Assembly: GCF_009914755.1 (NCBI RefSeq)
Contig: NC_060928.1
Length of the DNA stretch: 64,000 bases
Reading direction: 5' to 3' (one strand)
Source of the DNA: the human T2T-CHM13v2.0 reference genome, Homo sapiens
The notes beneath the pieces are model-generated. The model was not told the origin of the DNA. It did not search any database and saw only the letters and a list, made by a program, of their open reading frames with translations. Numbering within the stretch: the first letter of the stretch is position 1; every line of letters starts with the position of its first letter. Shown piece after piece: positions 58,819 to 64,000 of this stretch. The translations under genes were made by a program, and so were the position numbers.

Positions 58819-59196
58819 TGTACTAGTCTATTCTTACACTGCTATAAAGAACTACCCGAGACTGGGTAATTTATATAGAAAAGAGGTTTAATTGGTTCAT
58901 AATTCCACAGGCTGTACAGGAAGCATGGCTGGGGAGGTCTCAGGAAACTTGCAGTTATGGTGGAAGAGGAAGAAGGCACACCTTCACATGGCCAGAGCAA
59001 GAGGAAGAGAGAGCAGGTGATGGTGCTACACACTTTTAAACAACCAGGTCTCATGAGAACTCACTCACTATCATGAGAACAACAATGGGGAAATCTGCCC
59101 CCATGATCCAATCACCTCCCACCGGGCCCCTTCTCCAACACTGGGGATTACAATTCGACATGAGATTTGGGTGGAGACACAATCCAAACCATGTCA
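58819..59196 (-). mobile_element. MSTA 5' LTR
   Basis: TGTACTAGTC...ACACTGCTATAAAGAACTACCCGAGACTGGGTAATT...CCAAACCATGTCA. Confidence 0.92.
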
Positions 59197-59399
59197 CCTA
59201 CACTACCTTTTTATTTTTTTATTCACCATGATTTTTAAAAATTATTTTTCCCCTTCATATATGTGGATGTATACATAATTTCTATTATTTAAGTTGTGGA
59301 ATGGAAGACTTTTCACCCTAAAGTAATAAGATCATTTAAGAGAGAGTTTGAGATAAGCGTGTATATTTAAAATGTTCAGATGGATAAAGGAAAAAATAG

Positions 59400-60660
59400 A
59401 AACTATAAGAATAGGACAGCATGACAAAGGGATAGATGTTTTATACAGAATAAAATCAAAATTCTAAAAGTTAAAATATAATTGTTATAATTAAAAACTC
59501 AACACAGGTTAAATAATAGGAGAGATATGATTGAAGATAGAATTTAAAAACTTGACCTAATGAGAAGAAATTGCCCAACAGAGAAATAAAGATGTATAAA
59601 ATAGAAAAAAAAGTCAAGAGACAGAGAAAAGGATAAGAGAGCCAATAAATAAATAGTGTCACAGAAGGAGATGATATATGCGAAATAACATCCAGAGGGA
59701 TAATGACTAAGAATTTTCCAGAGATGGCTAAATATAGGAATATTTAAATGAATTCTGAGAAGATTTTTTAAAATCTATGCGTGTACATATACTAGCAATT
59801 AAAGAATATCCAATTCAAAGAGAAAACCTCAGAAGCACTGGAGGATTGGAGGTAAAAAGTCTGATTACCTAAAGAGATACAGCAATTAGACTGACAGTAG
59901 ACATCTTAAAAGTAATAATGGAACCACAAGATGGGAGAATAATACTTTTGAAATAATGACAAAAAAATTTAACTGCTAGTCTAGAACTGTATATCAAACT
60001 AAACTATCATTCAAAGACAAAAGTAAAATAAATATCTTTTTAGATTAATAATGACTAAGGGAGTTTACCAGTGACAGAGCCTTAAAAAAGGAACTTTGGA
60101 AGATGTACTTCAGGAAGTAGGAAAATTGTCTCTGAAGGACCGCTTAAAATGAAAGAAGAAATAATGAGCAAAAAAGAAGATTAATTTTTAAAACATTATC
60201 TAAAAGAATAATAACATATAAGGCATTTAATATATAGAGTAAAAAAACTAGCAACAATAGTACGTAAGATAAAAGGGAGAATCAGACCAGGAATTCTTTC
60301 TTGTGAGGAAGAATTAACTTTAAATTAACAAATTAAATATAAATATATTTTTGAAACTTCAAGGTAACTACTTAAATAACAGAAATTATGTGTACTTCCA
60401 AATATGTGAAAGGAAAAGATAATTAAAAATGATGGTGAATAAACAAATAAAAAGGTATTATAAGTAATTCCAAATATATCATAAATTTGCATAAATGCGA
60501 ATATATTAAATTCATTGATTACAATACAAGAGAATATTATATAAAAACTAAAAATAAAACCAGCTACCTGCTATTCACAACAGATCCCTTTCAAACAAAA
60601 TTATGCAAAAAAAAATGAAGGGTTGGAAAACTACTAAATACCAGGCAATAGTAATAAATG
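59400..60660 (+). mobile_element. ancient L1M ORF1/inter-ORF remnant
   Basis: AATGACTAAGAATTTTCCAGA, GCAATTAGACTGACAGTAGACATCT, AAACTATCATTCAA. Confidence 0.65.
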
Positions 60661-61311
60661 GGAAATTCATTCTTAAATTATTGATGTTTTATTGATGCTC
60701 ATGTCCTCTTGTTTAGTCCTCGATGGCCACAGAGAGCATAGAGGTCATATTTGAAAGAGAACAAATTGCAATAATCACTGTTCCATATATTGAGGTCAGA
60801 TTTTTGACATCTGAAAGGAGTTAACACAAATGTTAAGGTATTAAATTTCTCCCTCCAACCTCCCTAACTCTGCATCTCAAGTTCTCCATCTTCCACATGA
60901 TTCTTGATAAATTCTCCAGCCTATATTGACTTTATCTTCTCTGATCCCTTATAGCCCTTATTGTCTACATTATTTGTTTTAACAATAAACTATATGTTGT
61001 TTTACAATGTTTACTACCAGCTAGAGTTTAAACCCCAAAGTGCTTATCACAGAGGTACAACAGCACATGGCATGTAATTCATAAATACATGCTGAATTGA
61101 ACTACAGGATGAAAACTTTTCTACCTGAAATTCAGTGGTATTCACAATGAATTCTCAATAAATTCTGAAAAACTTAATAATATAAATACTAAGAAAATTT
61201 ACCTTCAAAAACATCATAAAGTAACAAAACAGATTTTAAAAATCTTTATACTCTTACTTTTTGTTTCTTAGAAGCCTTATTATGAACAACAATTGCCACT
61301 TTGGTGAAATT

Positions 61312-63921
61312 ATTTTTATTTTTATTTTTTATTTTTCTTAATTTTTATGAGTACATAATATGTTTATACATTTATGGGATACATGAGATATCTTGGTACA
61401 AGCATACAATGTATAATAATCTCATCAGGATAAATGGGGTATTCATCACTTCAAGCATTTATCATTTCTTTATGTTGCAAGTATTCCAATTATATTTTTT
61501 CAGTTATTTTATAATGTACAATAAATAATCATTGACTGTAATCACCCTGTTGTGCTATCAAATACTACATCTTATTCATTCTATCTAATGACATTTTTGT
61601 ACCCATTACCCATCCCCACCTTTCCCTGACCCCACTACCCCTCCCAGCCTCCAGTAACCATCATTCTACTTTCTATATCCATGGGTTCAATTGTTTTACT
61701 TGTTAGCTCCCACAAATGAATGAGAACATGTGAAGTTTGTCTTTCTGTGCCTGGCTTATTTAACTTAACATAATAACCTTCAATTCCATCCAGTTATTGC
61801 AAATGACAGGATCTCTTTCTTTTTTGTGGCTAAATAGTACTCCATTGTGTATATATACCGCATGCTTTTTTATCCATTCATCTGTTGATGGACACTGAGG
61901 TAGCTTCCAAATCTTGAGAGGTGCAGATACATCTTCGATATACTGATTTCCTTTCTTTTGGCTATATACCTAAGCAGTGTGATTGCTGGATCATATGGTA
62001 GTTCTATTTTTGGCTTTTTGAGGAACCACCATACTGTTCTCCATGGTAGCTATACTAATTTACATTCCCACCAACAGTGTTTAAGGGTTCCCTTCTCTCC
62101 ACATCCTCACCAGCATTCCATATTGCCTGTCTTTAGGATAGAAGCCACTTAAACTGGAGTGAGATGATAGCTCATTGTAATTTTGACTTGCATTTCTCTG
62201 ATGATCAATTATGTTGAGCACCTTTTCATGTACCTGTCTGCCATATGTACGTCATCTATTAAGAAATACCTATTCAGATCTGTAGCCCATTTTTAACTGG
62301 ATTATTAGAATGTTTCCTATTGAGTTGCTTGAGCACCTTATATATTCTGGTTATTAATCCCCTGTCAGATAGATAGTTTGTAAATATTTTTCCCATTCTG
62401 TAGGTTGTCTCTTCACTTTGTTGATTGCTTCCTTTGCTGTGCAGGAGCTTTTTAACTTGTTGTGGTTCCTTTGGTCCATTTTTGATTTCATCGTCTGTGC
62501 TTTTGGGGTATTACTCAAGGAATCTTTGCCCAGATCAATTGCCTGGAGAGTTTTCTAAATGTTTTCTATCAGTAGTTTAAAAGTTTTAGGCCTCAGATTT
62601 AAGTCTTTAATTAATTTTCATTTGATTTTTGTATATAGTGAGAGATAGGGGTCTAGTTTCATTCTTCTGCATATAGATATCTAGTTTCTCTAGCACCATT
62701 TATTAAAGACACTATCCTTTTCCCAATGTATGTTTTGGCACCTTTGTTAAAAATGAGTTCACTGCAGATGTATGGATTTATTTCTGGGTTCTCTATTCTG
62801 TTTCATTGGTCTATGTGTCTGTTTTCATGTCAATTCCATGCTGTTTTGGTTACAATATCTCTGTAGCATAATTTGAAGTCAAGTAATGTGATTCCTCCAG
62901 TTTTAGTCTTTTTGTTCAGGATGGCTTTGAATATTCTGGGTCATTTGTGGTTCCATATAAATTTTAGGATTGTTTTTTCTATTTCTATAAAGAATGTCAT
63001 TGGTACACTGATGGGGATTGCATTTAATCTGTAGAGTGCTTTGGGTCCTATGGACATTTTAACAATCTTGATTCTTCCAATCCATAAATATGGAATATCT
63101 TTCCATTTTATGCTCTCTTCAATTAGTTGCATCAATGTTCTCTAGTTTTCATTGCAGAGATCTTTCACTTATTTGTTTAAGTTTATTCCTAAGTATCTTA
63201 TTTTATTTGCAGCTATTGCAAATGGGATTACTTTCATGATTTCTTTTTCAGATTGTTCACTATTGGCATATAGAAATGCTACTGATTTTTGTATGCTGAT
63301 TTTGTATCCTGCAACTTTGCTGAATTTGTTTATCAGTTCTAATAGCGTTTTGGTGGAGTCTTTAGGATTTTCTGAATATAAGATCATATCTTCTGCAAAC
63401 AAGGATAATTTGACTCTTCCTTTCCAATTTGGAAGCCCTTTATTTTTTCCTCTTGTCTGATTGCTCTAGCTAGGACTTCCAGTACTATGTTGAATAACAG
63501 TGATGAAAGTTGTCATCCTTGTCATGTTCCACATCTTAGAAAAAAGGCTTTCAGCTTTTTCCTATTCATATGATACTAGCTGTTGGTCTGTCATATATGG
63601 TTTTTATGGCGCTGAGGTATGTTCCCTCTATACCCAGTTCTTTAGAGTTTTTATCATGAAGGGATGTTGAATTTTACCAAATGTTTTTCAGCATCAATCG
63701 AAATAATCACATGGTTTTTGTCCTTCACTCTGCTGATATGATATAGCACATTGATTAATTAGCATATGTTGAACCATCTTTTTATTACTGAGATAAATTC
63801 CATTTGGTTATAAAGAATAATTTTTTAATTGTTGTCAAATTCAGTTTACTATGCTTTTGTTGAAGATTTTTCCACCAATGTTATAAGGGATATTGGCCTA
63901 TAATTTTGTCTTTTTGATGTG
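61312..63921 (-). mobile_element. L1MA-type 3' portion
   Basis: T-rich tail, L1MA 3' UTR, minus ORFs 62941-63135 and 63169-63402 ([10 protein letters not shown] motif). Confidence 0.9.
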
Positions 63922-64000
63922 TGATATGGTTTGGCTCTGTGTCCCCAACCAAATATTATCTCAAATTGGAATACTCACATGTCAGGGGCAGGGCCTGGTG
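63922..64000 (+). mobile_element. THE1/MST LTR 5' start (runs off window)
   Basis: TGATATGGTTTGGCTCTGTGTCCCCAACCAAAT. Confidence 0.85.

Overview
Primate (hominoid, probably human) non-coding DNA dominated by interspersed repeats: L1 of several ages, L2/L3, MIR, about 12 Alus, MaLR/ERVL/ERV1/ERVK LTRs and hAT fossils. No intact protein-coding gene is supported; nearly every listed ORF is repeat-derived or chance. Most notable: (1) a minus-strand processed retrocopy of the 3' end of ACD/TPP1 (shelterin), fused in sense directly behind an MSTA LTR and 5' internal leader (57954-59196); (2) an L1PA3 with a ~330 bp 3' transduction inside one TSD pair (33528-35264); (3) a 42-bp insertion in an L2 made entirely of reverse-complement copies of both flanks, giving a perfect 33-bp hairpin (16948-17065); (4) an old ~200-bp inverted duplication of non-repeat DNA (18375-19298); (5) a twin-primed L1PA7 carrying a nested MER11 LTR; (6) several candidate splice signals, including a 7-nt minus-strand microexon-like motif. 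Repeat subfamily names and the ACD identification come from recalled consensus/protein sequences, not from a search; boundaries of old repeats are approximate.
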